The notes below the pieces were generated by a model, which was not told the DNA's origin, searched no databases, and worked only from the letters and a program-made list of their open reading frames with translations. The position numbers and the translations under genes are program-made. DNA of 62,102 nucleotides, the filler included, from Ionaspis alba (lineage: Eukaryota): assembly GCA_964255285.1 (NCBI GenBank). It is 12 parts of 12 records of this genome, joined end to end, with 100 filler letters (N's around TTAATTAATTAA, not from the genome) between each part and the next. Parts side by side here need not be neighbours in the genome. Positions count along the whole stretch, not along the records: positions 10,561 to 15,731 come from CAXUUL010001036.1; positions 15,832 to 20,939 come from CAXUUL010001038.1; positions 21,040 to 26,136 come from CAXUUL010001039.1; 9 more parts are not named here. One strand, given 5' to 3'. Shown here one piece after another: positions 11,312-24,560 of this stretch; within the stretch, counting starts at the first letter, position 1, and every line of letters begins with the position of its first letter.

Positions 11312-13976
11312 CTAGTTCAGGTGCTTCACCACTATCCTACTCTCTTCTCCCATCCTTAACCCCCGAACTCTAATGCTCACTGGCTGGCCTGGCACAAGAT
11401 CAATCCCATTGTCCTCCCACACCACCTCCTTTCCCTGTACCTCAAGCGCAACGCCCTTGACTGGCACCGCCGCCTCGACCTCCACCACCTCTCCTTCTCC
11501 CATAATAGCAAGCCTTAAATTCCTCGGTTTCCGCAGGTGCAAGTACTTAAGCGGCTCAGGCCAATTCACATACCTCGCCACCGCATCACCACCTTCTAGC
11601 AGATAAGCAACCACGACAGTGCGATCCTCTTCCCCGCGATTCTTGTGTCTGATGGGAACTTCCAGCTCCATAATCTCCGTACTCCGATTCCCCTCAAGCA
11701 CAAAGCTCTTCTTCAAAATATCCGAAAACACCTCTTGTCCTGTTTCAACATCCCAAGCCATAAGCCCCACATCGACTGTCCTCTTCTCCAGCGCCAGATT
11801 TGACGCCCAGATCTCAAGCTTATGCACCGTCTCAACATCGACCCTCGACCACCTCGCCCCCTGCTTCTTCTCCACAGTCCTTTTCGCTCCCACCGTCAGC
11901 TTTGCCATCTCCCTCTTAATTGCAAAATACGCCAGTTTCGGTCTCAGATAGTAATCTGCGATGGCCCACGAAGTCCCTGGCCAGCAATCATTGAGCTGCC
12001 ACACCAACGCGCCTGCGCAGTACTCCCTGCCCGGACCTTTCCACTCGCGGCGCCAGAGACGGTAAGCACTGCTCAGACACTCAGCCTGCATGAGTTGCGT
12101 GCTGTAGATGTAGTCAGCGAGAGGTTCGGGACTGTAGCGGATATTTTCGACAAGGTAGAGCGCTAGGCGGCGTTCTTGACCGTCTGCTTTGTTGTGATGA
12201 TCGAGCGTGCTTGACTGAGCATAGGCGTCGAGATCTTGGGCACCCTTAGGAAGAAGGCCGTGAATTGTCCGAAGAGAAGGGAGGGCTTGCATGCCGAACT
12301 CGGAGACGAAGCGGCCGGAGAGGGAGGAGAAGTTTTGGTAGGGTTCTTGGGTGCCGTGCCAGACTGCGAATTGGGGATCAGTATTGCTTTAGGCTTTTGG
12401 ATGGGAAGACATACCATTCCATTGATGGATGTCGCCTACTGTTGGATCTCTGGTATCCTTGCCGCCGAACGGAGAGCCGAAGTGATAATAGGTATCTGGG
12501 ATGAGCTCTTTCGTCACGTCTACTAGTATCTTCTCGTAGATATATCTCGCAGGAAACGTCGTCTTCAACCAGCTTTCTGCGTCCTTGTTCTTGGGATCGT
12601 ACTCAAGTTTCTCGCTTTCTTGATATTGATAGTCTTCGTTGTTGCCCGCCCAGATCACTATCGAAGGATGATGCCGGAGCAGCTTGACATTAGCTATTGC
12701 CTCTCTTTTCACAAGATTCAAGAACTCTTCATTGGCAGGATAGTTGCCACATCCGAACAGAAAGTCTTGCCAGACAAGGACTCCCATCTCATCACAAGCC
12801 TCATAAAAGGCCTTCTCTTCAAAAATCCCACCGCCCCAGACACGGATCATTATCTGATTTCCCTCAACAGCCAATTTCACCCATTCCCGGTACTTCTCTG
12901 GTGTGGTTCTAGGAATGAAGCTGTCCGCTGGTATCCAATTACTGCCACCACAGAAGATTGGAATGTTATTGACCTCGAAGTAGAAGGTCGTCCCCGGAGC
13001 ATTTTCCAGCTTCCTCTGGACAACCTCTACTCGCCTGATTCCAAAGCTCTTGCTGACAGTATCGAGCTCAATCTTTCCTGATAGCAGTGTAGCCGTCAAC
13101 GTGTAAAGGGGTTGCTTGCCATATGTCGCGGGATACCATAACTCGGGATTCTGGGTGCGGAATGTTGCGGTTGCAAGCCCTTCTACAGACTTGACAGTCT
13201 CAGAACTGACAACGTTGCCATCTAGGGAGATCTCAAATCGGACATCTAAAGCTTCGCCCTCCACATCGGCCTTGGCCACCACTTCAGCTGACTTGAGGGA
13301 CTCATCGACCTTAGTCGTAAAGTAGAGATCCAAAATGCACGAGCTGTAGACCTCGAGATTGATAGGCCTCCAAGGGCCGCATGTCATGAGAACAGGACCC
13401 CAATCCCACCCCTTAAGACAAGATCAAAAGATTAGCCAATTTCTTATTCAGAGAGCGTTTTCAACCCACATAGTGATACTGGGCCTTCCTAACAGCCAAT
13501 CGACTAGCATCGCCATTCCAACAACCCCATTGATGCTCCGGCTGCTTCTCAACAAGCTTCTTGCCCTCAAACCACGCACTCGCGAACGTAATCTCCAAAA
13601 CATCCTCTTCGTCCTCCCTCAAAACACTCGAAACATCCACTCTTTCCGGGATAAACATATCCTCTGTTCTAAGAATATCATTGCCATTGAGCACAACTGT
13701 AGCAAAAGTATCAAGACCATCGAATGTAAGCACAGATTTGGCATCTTCAGTGGGCGGTGCGGAGAAAGTCGTTCTGTAAACCCAGGCTTTTTCGCCAACC
13801 CATTGGACGGCAGTTTCGTTCTTACCAATGAAGGGATCTGGAATTAAGTTGTGATGCATGAGATCTAGATGGACATTGGTAGGAAATTGAGAGACTGGGA
13901 GATAGGTTGCAGATTCATCGTCCGCTTGCTTGACGGTCCAACCCTTGTTGATGGGCGTGATAGTTCTTGGTAGCAT
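11312..13976 (-). CDS. mndB: Beta-mannosidase B, glycoside hydrolase family 2
   Basis: Start MLPRTITPINKGW. Motifs FDGLDTFA, RKAQYHYGWDWGP (across an intron), GGSNWIPAD, IRVWGGG, WAGNNE, DIHQWN, VWQLNDCWP. Two introns, no signal peptide. Confidence 0.93.
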
Positions 13977-14697
13977 TTTCCCTTGCTTGGATTGCTGTAT
14001 AGAAATATTGGATGTTGCTAACCCACAAGCTGAGCCTTTGATCTCCATTTAAAAGGGTTGCTTGATTTCTTGGTCGTCTATATGCGTTTACTGCCAACAC
14101 AGTGTTAACCATATCCCGTGATATGATCAAGGCGGGAAAGGCCATCGGCGAGTTGTTGCAGATGCAGGTTAGATATTAGTGGACGGAGACTGTCACGTTT
14201 ACACTATCCTGCAGAGGTGAAGGTCCTACATATGCAAGGCACCAGCAACCAACCTTTTTCAAGATGAGGGGACGGATCGCGTCCCTCGGTCTGTAGTAGA
14301 GATTACCTCGGCTCTGCCACTGACTATAAGACTGATTTCCCATAGAGGAAAGTCTAGAATGTGATGTCGATTCGAATATTCATAAAGAGATATGAAAGTC
14401 TCCGAGAACTACCTAGGATATAGACATTATACAGTATGACGTCGAATCTGTCGTGCTTCAGTGACGATATATGCAAGATGGACCAACTTCCGAGATCTTA
14501 TATAGAGCTCCGGCAGCGCATTGAGGTTTCAAAAGGCGAACAACTTCTCGCCAGATACATCACATCATTACAAGTCTATGAGGAACAGAACGTCGCAGTC
14601 TCAATGCCGCATCGCTTGGCGGCGGGATATCAAAAGAACGAACGTAGCGGTCCAACCTAAGGGAACCATTCAAAAGTCTTCACCTCCGAACCAGAAA

Positions 14698-15731
14698 TCA
14701 GCAACATCTTCCTCTCCTCCTCCTAGAATCAAGACCAAAAACCCCCTCCCATTCCCTCATGCCTCCCCAACCACCAGGACCCGATCTCCGCCTGCCCTTC
14801 CTCCTTCTCCTCGTGAATCCGCTGTCCTCTCCGGTCGCTCCACTCCTCATACTGCTTCCATCTGCATCGCCCCAGGCAGCACTATCTCCGTATTGAATGC
14901 CACTCTGAGGGTCATCCGGATCGATCTCTCCAAGTTCGATCTTCGTGAGTATCATCCTCGCTAATCGCGCAAACATCTCGTCTACCCCATCTCCGTTATA
15001 CGCGCTGACCTCCACGGCAACAGGTATCGATGATGCAGAAGCCCACCGCGAAGCTTCCGCTGGATAGACTTCCCTTCCCTCTGGCGCCTGAGTCGCTGGC
15101 ATCTGAGAACCTAGTCCATATCCTGTCGAAGACCCCATCGAAGGAGTTCTATCATGTGGTAATCCTGACTGCCTGCTCGAAGCACTGTTGGGAGTTTCTG
15201 GCGGCTTTGGTGGTTGATCCAGGAGATGGCCGTTCGAGGTTGCATCCGAACAAATATCTAGCTTGTTGCCAGCGAGAAGCAGCGTGAGATTCGGCGATGC
15301 CAATGCTCGTGCATCGTTGAGGAAAGTAGGGAGGGCCTTGAAGGAGGCTTGTGAAGCGATATCGTAGACTAGTATAGCTCCAGCAGCGCCGCGATAGTAT
15401 GATCGCGACACAGAGCGGAAGCGCTCGGTGCCTGCTGTATCCCAAAGCTGCAGCTTTATCCGTTGTCTCCTTGCGCCGGTGCCGACTTTGATGATTTTGG
15501 AAGCAAACTCGACGCCGATTGTTTGCGATGAGAGGACCCGCCCTAACAACCTGATTAGCCATTGGGCTGAGGCTGAGAGCGGAGGGTATAATACACTCAT
15601 GCTTGACGAACCGGTGCAGAAGACAGGATCTAGATCATGTTTAGCCCTAACGACCGTCCCTAGCTTGCTTTTCAATCGACGAACTTGCCGCTTCCGCTCG
15701 GACCAAGAAGTATGATCTTCGCGAGGTAATC
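14698..15731 (-). CDS. RAB4: Rab4-like small GTPase (first codons lost at linker)
   Basis: DYLAKIILLGPSGSGK exon at the scaffold edge, then SQTIGVEF, WDTAGTERFRSVSRSYYRGA, GNKLD, EVSA and a C-terminal CC prenylation motif. Confidence 0.9.
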
Positions 15732-15891
15732 NNNNNNNNNNNNNNNNNNNNNNNNNNNNNNNNNNNNNNNNNNNNTTAATTAATTAANNNNNNNNNNNNN
15801 NNNNNNNNNNNNNNNNNNNNNNNNNNNNNNNAGAAGAGCTGCCGCCATGAGGATATTCTCCGAATTTTGTGAGTAGCTAGAGCATACTACA

Positions 15892-17321
15892 ATGGTCATC
15901 GACCGGCGGAAAGCCATTCTCTTCGCTACCGCCTCTGCGTTACGTCTGCTGTTGTTCCTCGGATTCCCTGGCTTGCCAGACCTCCTGACTGGCCGTGTGG
16001 AAATTTCCACACCAGTGACGAGCTTCAAGAGATGTATGTGGTTCATCGATCTAACAAGGACCTTATTACATGTCTGGCTGACCAACATCTAGTACAAGAG
16101 GGCCTATTTCTGTATACACACAACGTCTCTCCTTACGATGGAGGGGTCTTCTACCAGGTACGCTTGCTCTGTTGAATTGATCAAGAGACACCGACTGATG
16201 GAGTTTGTAGGCACCACTCCTTCTGCCCTTATTTGCCCTGATACCCCCTTCTGTCTTTCCACTCGTAACCTCTCTCATCTATATCCTACTCGACATGTTT
16301 TGCGCCAATGCGCTTATCCAGATTGCCGAGTCAGGCGAGTCATCGAGCTCTCGACAATTCACGTCTACGAGGAGAGATATAAAGTGGAGCAGTATATCGA
16401 TAGGTGCAGCGTATGTATGGTTCATCTACTGTAAATGCTCAAAGACAGCTAAATAAATTCAGGTACCTCTTCAACCCACTGACCATTGCGTCCTGTCTTG
16501 GTCGTCCCACTAGTCTCTTTACCAACTCCGCAATTCTTCTTGCGGTGGTCAAAGCAATTGGTACGAAGTTCTTGAGCTCTATGCTAGCACTGGCTTTAGG
16601 TTCTTACCTCTCGTTGTATCCGGCGTTGCTGCTTCCGCCAATTCTCCTCCTTTGTAACGACCGACGACAGAAGGACTCTTCGCCTAGATCCACTGCTGCA
16701 TTCGCCGCAACGTGTATTGCTTCATTTGGTGGGGGAGTCGCTGTTCTGCTTTATATGTCGTGTCTCATAACAGGAGGTTCATGGGAATTCCTGTCTTCAA
16801 CTTACGGCGTACAGCTTCTCCTTCCGGATCTAACGCCTAACGTCGGACTCTGGTGGTACTTCTTTATCGAGATGTTTGACTCATTCAGAGAATTTTTTCT
16901 CGGAGTTTTCTGGCTTCATCTGGGAGGTTATACAGCTGGTCTATGCCTACGCATCCGGAATCAGCCGCTATTTGTGATAACCACGATGGCCGGCATATTT
17001 GCGATCTTCAAACCGTACCCCAACATATCCGATACGTCGTTGTATCTGGCCCTCCTACCCCTTTACCGACATACTTTCCCTTTGATGCGTTATACCTTCA
17101 TTGCCGGAGCTACGCTATTGTATGCTACTCTACTCGGACCTGCCTTTTACTACCTCTGGGTGTACGCCGGTTCCGGAAATGCCAACTTCTTCTATGCTAT
17201 TACTCTGGTGTGGAGTCTCGGCTTGACCGTCATAGTTGCTGATTCACTCTTTGCTACCCTCCGTGATGAGTGGGAAGTCGAACGACCAGAAATGAAAGGC
17301 CAGGATATCAGGCAGATATAA
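15892..17321 (+). CDS. GAB1: GPI transamidase subunit PIG-U/Gab1 (multi-exon)
   Basis: GRVEISTPVTSFKR, EGLFLY..NVSPYDGGVFYQ, YLFNPLTIASC, DLTPNVGLWWYFFIEMFD, GSGNANFFYAITL. Confidence 0.93.
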
Positions 17322-17368
17322 AACCTCACCAAACCCGATTCCAGAACCTCACTTCTCCGCAGCTAGAC

Positions 17369-18031
17369 TCAAGTCTGTCCGTACTTGATATCCTTTGACA
17401 AGATAACGTAATCACTTTCTTTCACCAGTCCATTACGCAAGACCCTAGGTTCTGGGGAGAACACATCCACATCCCACCCCAAGTTTTTGTAAAATCGCAC
17501 GGCTGCCGTATTTGCAGCAAATACTGTCAGCATCTCCTTCTCCACTCCGACTTTCCTTCCAACGTCCTCGACAATACCCATCAACTTCTTTCCCAATCCG
17601 AGGCCTCTTAATTCCTCCGAAACATGGATCTCGTAGACGTAGAGTACCTCGTATCCATCCTCAAAGGTGAACATGAATGACAGAAATGCTTCAACCAACG
17701 ATGACGGTGTGACCGTTGAGCGAACAAGGAGATATCGAAGATCTGGGAGGCGCATTTCTTTTCGTTTGGCTTTTGGGTGCCACCCGAAACTTGAGCTTGC
17801 GTACGCAGAGCCGGAAGTGGTCGCGATTAGGTCGAAGCAGGAGGCAAAGTCTTCATTACTGAGGCTAGATGGTGAAGTAACGGTGATTGAGTAGGCTTTT
17901 AAGCTTTTGGGGTGTTGAAACCACATTGGTAGGGGTAGGTGAGCCTCAATAAACTCTCGGAGCGAAAGAGCATTTACACGGTCGATTTGCGTGGGGCTCT
18001 TCTCCCTCCTCTTTCTGCTGACCATTATCAT
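17369..18031 (-). CDS. NAT4: GNAT N-alpha-acetyltransferase 40 (Nat4/NatD-like)
   Basis: Y..SSFGW..KRKEM, LYVYEIHV, LRGLGLG (AcCoA motif), MLTVF..N..A..FY, YVILSK. Confidence 0.85.
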   Translation of the reverse strand: MIMVSRKRREKSPTQIDRVNALSLREFIEAHLPLPMWFQHPKSLKAYSITVTSPSSLSNEDFASCFDLIATTSGSAYASSSFGWHPKAKRKEMRLPDLRYLLVRSTVTPSSLVEAFLSFMFTFEDGYEVLYVYEIHVSEELRGLGLGKKLMGIVEDVGRKVGVEKEMLTVFAANTAAVRFYKNLGWDVDVFSPEPRVLRNGLVKESDYVILSKDIKYGQT

Positions 18032-18253
18032 CTAGTATAATTGTAATAGGGCGATGGAGCTTTTGAAAGACTTTGACCATACGGGTTATAGAAGATCGGT
18101 GATACGCGTCCAACGTGCTGGCCTTGACAGGGGGACGCGATTGATGACAGGCGGTGAGGCAAAAGCTTTTTCTGCCACTGATGACACCGATTCAATGTAA
18201 TCGCTCCCAACTTCCCGGTATCTACACATCACGCCCCGCCTTTCCTACCCCAA

Positions 18254-18586
18254 ATGCGGTCTTTATTCTTCCGAAGGCCTGATCAGTTCCGGACCTACGC
18301 GACAGTCCAGTCCAAAGACTCTTCTCGTATCCTATCAAAGCCACCTGTCTCCCTGAATCACTTCCTACAGCGCCAGCGTGTACTCTCCCTTTATCGCACC
18401 ATCGTGCGTGCAACAAATAGAATCCCATCCTCAACCACTCGCGTTGAGATGAAGTCTTTTGCTCGAGAGGAGTTCGAGCGAAATCGGGCGGTCACGGATT
18501 TGACCCACATACGGTATTTGATATCCACGGGTAAAGAGCAATTCGAAAGTATGAGGAGGTACGTGGATGAACTGGCTGTCGGATGA
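18254..18586 (+). CDS. Mitochondrial LYR-motif protein (LYRM2-like)
   Basis: Arg-rich presequence, then LNHFLQRQRVLSLYRTIVR, AREEFERNR and IRYLISTGK. Confidence 0.85.
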   Translation: MRSLFFRRPDQFRTYATVQSKDSSRILSKPPVSLNHFLQRQRVLSLYRTIVRATNRIPSSTTRVEMKSFAREEFERNRAVTDLTHIRYLISTGKEQFESMRRYVDELAVG

Positions 18587-19061
18587 GAGCATGTGTCTAC
18601 CTACAGTTACGGTACGAATGCATGGCGAATGAGATCGCTATCCATGCAATGAATTAGGTTGGATTGTCCGATTTAGGTATCTATGTTGCTTAGTGCTCTA
18701 ACGCCTTCATACACTCGATCCCAAGTTTATGGCCCCCTGGGCAGCTGGTCCAGGAAAGCTAGGAACGGCGACCACTACTTCTTGGAGTTAGCCGTCGCGG
18801 CGTCCGATGGGAGTATGCCTGACGACTTTTCGGCGGAGTTGCAGGTGGTAGCGTCGAGAGTCCGCACAGCTGGTATGGTCGAAATCTGGTCTATGCACTT
18901 GATAACTCAAGCCTGAGAGTCTGATTGGGTGGCCGCTGATAATCAGAGCAACGAATTTGGCGGTGGATTTCACCGGGTAGCTGAGAGGCCCGGGTTCGCT
19001 GGCCGACGAAATCGACAGCGAAATATGGTCATCAAGAACACAAATATCCATCTCCCGTGGT

Positions 19062-20860
19062 TCAATCCCTCAAAAACATTTGATATGTTGGCGACTTTGT
19101 GCACTCCGAGAAGGGATAGCCAAGCTTGACCAAGAAGCCTTCAAGCTCATGCTTCTTGTCCTCAGGGCACTGAATTCCGGCGAGGACTCTGCCGATATCG
19201 CCACCGTCGTTCCGGTAATGGAAGAGTGTGATATTTTGATCAGGGCGAAGGGTCATAAGAAACTTGACCAAAGCACCGGGTCTCTCTGGGAACTCGAACA
19301 TATATAGTCGTTCATTTTGGACTCCACTCCGACCTCCGATGAGATATCTCACATGGGATTTTGCAAGCTCGTCGTCACTCACATCTGCGGCGTTCATTCC
19401 ATCTTTCCCAAGTCTATGGAAGAGATTTGCAAGCTCCGTCGTCCGCGATGAAGCGTTGACAGAGATGCCCATGAAGATGTTGGCGGCTTGTTCTCTGGCA
19501 TATCGATAGCTGAACTCCGTAACTGCTTGAGGGAGGACGGCTTTAACGAGCTCCGCGAATGCACCGGGTCGTTCAGGAATGGTCACACTGAGCAGAGCTT
19601 CTTTCTGCTCACCGAGCGCTGCACGGTCTGCAACGAACCGTAACCGATCGAAATTCATATTTGCACCGGAGGCTATGGCAACAAGACCTCTGTTCTGATT
19701 TGGCGAAGGGTTCCTGGCGACGTATTTCTTTAGTCCAGCAAGTGCTAAAGCTCCTGCAGGTTCCACAATAGATCTTGTATCCTCAAATACGTCCTTGATG
19801 GCCGCACATGTTTCGTCCGTTGTGACTTCGATGATCTCATCCACGACTTCCGAACATAGCCGGAATGTCTCTTCTCCTACTGTCTTGACCGCTGCTCCAT
19901 CTGCGAAAAGTCCGACTTCCCTCAGCACTACCCTTTCTTTTCTCTTGAGTGACTGCATCATGGCATTAGCATCAAATGTTTCAACGCCGATGATTTTCAC
20001 GTGAGGTGCAATCCGCTTGATGTAGACTCCTAGCCCGGCAACTAATCCACCTCCTCCTACACAGCTGAATACGGCTTCAAGATCTTGTAGGTTCGTCTGC
20101 CGCAAGATTTCCATTCCGATAGTCCCTTGTCCAGCGATGACATACGGATCGTCAAATGGCGCAATATTGGTAAGTCCGTGCAGTTTCTCCAGCCGATGTG
20201 CCTCGCCCTTCGCCGAGTCAAAATCCTCTCCATACAGGATAACCGAGCCCCCCATCCTCGAAACATTCGTATGTTTTATTGAGGGCGTTCCCGAAGGCAT
20301 GACGATGGTCGCGGGTATCTTCAATTGACGGGCTGAGTACGCTACCCCTTGCGCATGATTCCCTATCCTCACTCAGCCTACATCGACGAACGGATTTGTT
20401 CGTTCTCTCATTCACCGGCTGAGCACGCTACCACCCCTTTCCAGCGCTCTCTTGGGTCTAGATGCGCCATCTTGTTGTAGGCACCACGCAACTTGAAGCT
20501 AAAGACTGGCTGTAGATCTTCTCTTTTCAAGAAAACCTTGCATTCGAGCCGGTTGCTGAGATTTATGGCAGGCGTCAGAGGTGTTTCTTTGACGACTTCG
20601 TAGACACGAGATGTGAGAATGAGGCGGAGATACTATAAATCAGTCAGCGTTATGATGGGTATATGGCACGAGACAAGTACATCTGGATAGCCATTGGGCA
20701 GAAGGAAAGCTTCTGGCACTTGCATCGAAGCTTTTGGTCTCGAGGACTCTGTAGGCGGGGAAGGGTTGGATGCATATTCTGTCATAGACAAGCCATTGAG
20801 TTTGGGAGTTTGAGGGGTTCGAGGAGTATGAGTTCCATTGATCACGGTAGCTTCTGCCAT
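19062..20860 (-). CDS. ILV1: Threonine dehydratase (biosynthetic), multi-exon
   Basis: [20 protein letters not shown] (PLP lysine), [37 protein letters not shown], and two ACT-like repeats ([15 protein letters not shown]). Confidence 0.95.
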
Positions 20861-21039
20861 GATGGGCGAGCTTGGTAAAGGCGTGCACAACAAAAGTGCA
20901 ATCTGGTGGATGGTCCAGGAACAGACGGTCAAGGATCTANNNNNNNNNNNNNNNNNNNNNNNNNNNNNNNNNNNNNNNNNNNNTTAATTAATTAANNNNN
21001 NNNNNNNNNNNNNNNNNNNNNNNNNNNNNNNNNNNNNNN

Positions 21040-22222
21040 TTTCCAGGCCTGGGCTAATTCGCTGTTCATGCCGTCGAAGAATCGAACCGAGGTATCTGGG
21101 GGTGCTGTTTCGACCACTTCCTTCAGATTGAGGAGCGGTATCAGGTTTGGGAAGGGCAGACAGGGTTCCCGCGATGAAAGGGTATTGAAGAACATGGGCC
21201 TTGAGCCGCTGTGAAGCGCTATGCCTATATCGCACCTGTGACGATCAGGACCTTGTTCGGTTGTTGGGAGCCTGCAAGCGATGAATCGTACCTGAGTATT
21301 TCGATCAGAAGCTTCGGGTTGCGCTCAAAGCTGGCCACACCCCCTCTAAGGTTGACTATCTTGCAGAGGCCATCCACATGATGCCTGGCAGATTTCAAAT
21401 CACGCATCAAAAACGCATGGCCAGCAATGCCCATAATGGCAGCTATTGTGGTTTCGGAAAAGATTACCTGATCGTCGCCGCCCGCTAATCTTTCACGGAG
21501 GAGGCTGAACGTCTTCACAAAATGGGGCAGTGATCGCCGGTTGACAGGTGAGAATTTGCGGGGCAGTATCGCGTCAAAGTAGTACTGTGATGTCAAAATC
21601 GTGGCGTGGAGGTAGGCAGGGTCAGCCGCTAATGGCGCTATCCATGCCTCAGCCCTCCTTTCAAAGTGTATGCAAGTCCACAGCACAGGGAACAGGACCT
21701 GCTTGGCAATGGAAGAGACTACTTGGGTGAGCTAGTTGCATTGCAGATACGGCTGGCAGAGAGCACCTTACACTGCAAAACAACCTCGATTACTCCTGGC
21801 TCGAGGGCATCAGCAAAATGGAGCGTAGACATTTCCGACCCAAGCTTGCGAGGAACCGTGGCCGGTAGGTTGGCATGATGTGCCATGGGGGAGAAGGCTG
21901 GAGCCTTGACCAGCTCCCTTTCGGTTTCCAAGCCCTTCGCAGGCGACGCCTCTTCATTCAAGCATGGCCTATCCTGCCGACGGTTCGACTCTCTTTTCCG
22001 AGTAGGACGCGTCTTCCCGCGATTCTTTCCAATCATGACATGGCTCCGGATAGTCTTGCGCAATCCCGGATCAAGTTTCTCTACCCCGGTTGAAACTACG
22101 AAACGTAGCCCGGCCTCTCCATGCAGAAATAGAATATGTGAGTATCGGGTTACTGGAAATGAAGTGGTAGGAGTCCTACCTTGCTCGGGAGCTTTCTTAA
22201 TCAATGGATTGGTGGATGCCAT
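21040..22222 (-). CDS. Fungal-specific transcription-factor-domain protein without a visible Zn2Cys6 cluster (3' truncated)
   Basis: FVVST...RKTIRSHVMIGKNRGK N-terminal motif, then DPAYLHA and ARHHVDGLCKIVNLRGG. Exons separated by GT-AG introns. Confidence 0.7.
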
Positions 22223-22736
22223 GCCGATACACAAGAAAGCTACGCAATCTGGGAAAGAATCACAAGAGACAGTAAGAATGGGAGATGAAGCAGCTAAGAA
22301 GAATCCAAGGGTAGAAAATGCTTACGAGTTCAGGCTGAAAAGCATCGAGGTGATTCGCTGATCTGGGCCCAACCCTTATCCCCGAGATCAGCGCCATGCA
22401 GCAAGATTGTTTGCTGTTTTGGGAATAGCTCCTTTATCGAAACCTGATACCGCGAGTCGGCCTTGACGTCGGAAAATCCGAATCTTCAAAGGCGGCCACT
22501 TACCCTTCGCAAACAGATGGTCAACGGCTTAGACTACGCCGGCTATGCCTAAAAAAGTATACAATCTGCAAACAGCTCATGCAGATCAGATGGCCTCCTT
22601 GAAGGTATGTGTTAAATGCGATTCTCCATACATATAAAACTCAGGGCATGCTGCATGTTTCTTGAGTGCTGTACCCCACATCGGTGTATCAATCTTCTGT
22701 TGAAGCAAAGATCACAGTTGCCAGCACAGCGTCATT

Positions 22737-23833
22737 ATGGTAGGCTCAAAGGATCTGGAGCCCTCAAATGTTCCATTCCTGAACGTCTTCTTTTACAATC
22801 AATTCCGTGCCAAAACGCAATGGCCGGCCCCAGCCACAAGTCTCGCGGGTCAGACGGCAATCGTCACCGGAGGCAACACCGGGCTTGGATATGAGGCTGC
22901 GCTCCAGCTTCTGGGCCTCGAGCTCTCCCATCTAATCCTCGCAGTGCGGTCTCCCGAGAAGGGCGAAGCAGCCGCCGCCAAGCTCCGCCTGTTCCACCCC
23001 AAGGCCCGCGTCGATGTCTGGCCGCTGGACATGAGCGCGTACGACTCGATCCAGGCCTTTGCGCGGCGCGTCGCCAGCGACCTGGCGCGCATTGACCTCG
23101 TGCTCCTGAACGCGGGCGTGGGCCGGCACGTCTTCAACGCCGTCCCGAGCACCGGCCACGAGGAGTGCTTCCAGGTCAACTACCTTTCGACCATGCTGCT
23201 CGCCCTGCTCCTCCTGCCGACACTCAAGGCCAAGCGTGCCCCGGGCAGCCCACCCGCGCGCCTGACCATCGCCAGCGCCGCACTGACGCTGGCCGCCAAG
23301 TTCCCCAACCGGGACGCCGACCCGCTCTTCCCGTCCTTCGACGACCCGAAGCGGTTCGACCGCCAGCAGAATTATAACTCGTCCAAGCTGCTCGCGCAGA
23401 TGTTTCTCTGGAAACTGGTCGATCATATATCCGCAGACGATGTGATCATCAACCTGGCTGACCCGGCGTGGTGCAAGGGCACGGAGCTGACCCGCGACGT
23501 CAAGGGCCCGCTGCGGCTGTTCGTCAAGCTGTTCGGCGCCACCACTGGTCGATCCCCAAAGGTGGGCGCCTCGTGTTTCGTCGACGGGATGGTGAACAAG
23601 GGCAAGGAGTCACATGGTTGTTTTCTTATGAGCTGGCAGATCCACCCGTAAGTTTCCCCTGCCCGTGCTCTACATCACCCTTTATTCTAGCCTCGCTCAC
23701 TCGACCTGACAGATTTGCCGCCTTCATATATACACTCGAGGGCAGGGCGGTGACAGAACGTGTCTGGAAGGAAACAATGGCGGAACTTGACTTCGCCAAT
23801 CCTCAGGCGATTCTTAGTTCTATAAAGGCATAG
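22737..23833 (+). CDS. Short-chain dehydrogenase/reductase (retinol dehydrogenase-like)
   Basis: TGGNTGLG, LLNAG, QVNYLS and catalytic YNSSK. One intron near 23648-23712; last exon ends ILSSIKA. Confidence 0.92.
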
Positions 23834-24560
23834 AAATGGGACCTTTTAATCGCTTGGCTCTGTATCGTCTTTGACATAATATCTCTCTATTATTGAAGTT
23901 AATACCGACGCATCATGGAGAAATGAACAGATAGGCAATCCGAATATTTGGGGGCAAATTCTTGTGCGGTTTTACCGCCTTCAAACATTCTCTTGCTACT
24001 GTTTCGTTTTTTTCTGGCTAAAAGGTGACAGAGAGATGGGACCTCTTACACAACAGATGGTGACGAGCATTTCGGTAAAGATAATTGGCAAATTCTGACT
24101 GGAACACATCTGCATGCTTCTTATCTCGCCTGATAGCTTCTTTCTTCACGCAACGTCTCTCCAGCACAACTCTCTCTAACTAGCACAGCTAGGCACTCGC
24201 CACAAGTGATCTGCAACTACTTCTATCGTATTCGTAACACNNNNNNNNNNNNNNNNNNNNNNNNNNNNNNNNNNNNNNNNNNNNNNNNNNNNNNNNNNNN
24301 NNNNNNNNNNNNNNNNNNNNNNNNNNNNNNNNNNNNNNNNCTGGAGTTCGGGATCATGACTTCCGCAATGGCCGAGAGCCGATTGCCGGACGTCATTCAT
24401 ATGCGAAAGGATGCGACGTTCGAGGGCGTAAGCTTACTTTTGCGCATATTCAACAAATCAACACGACTACGCACAAAAAGGCATTGCATGGCTCTAGCAT
24501 TGCTCCGGCATTGGAATTAGCAGAGTATCTATCGGCCTTTACAATTAGTACTCCATAACC

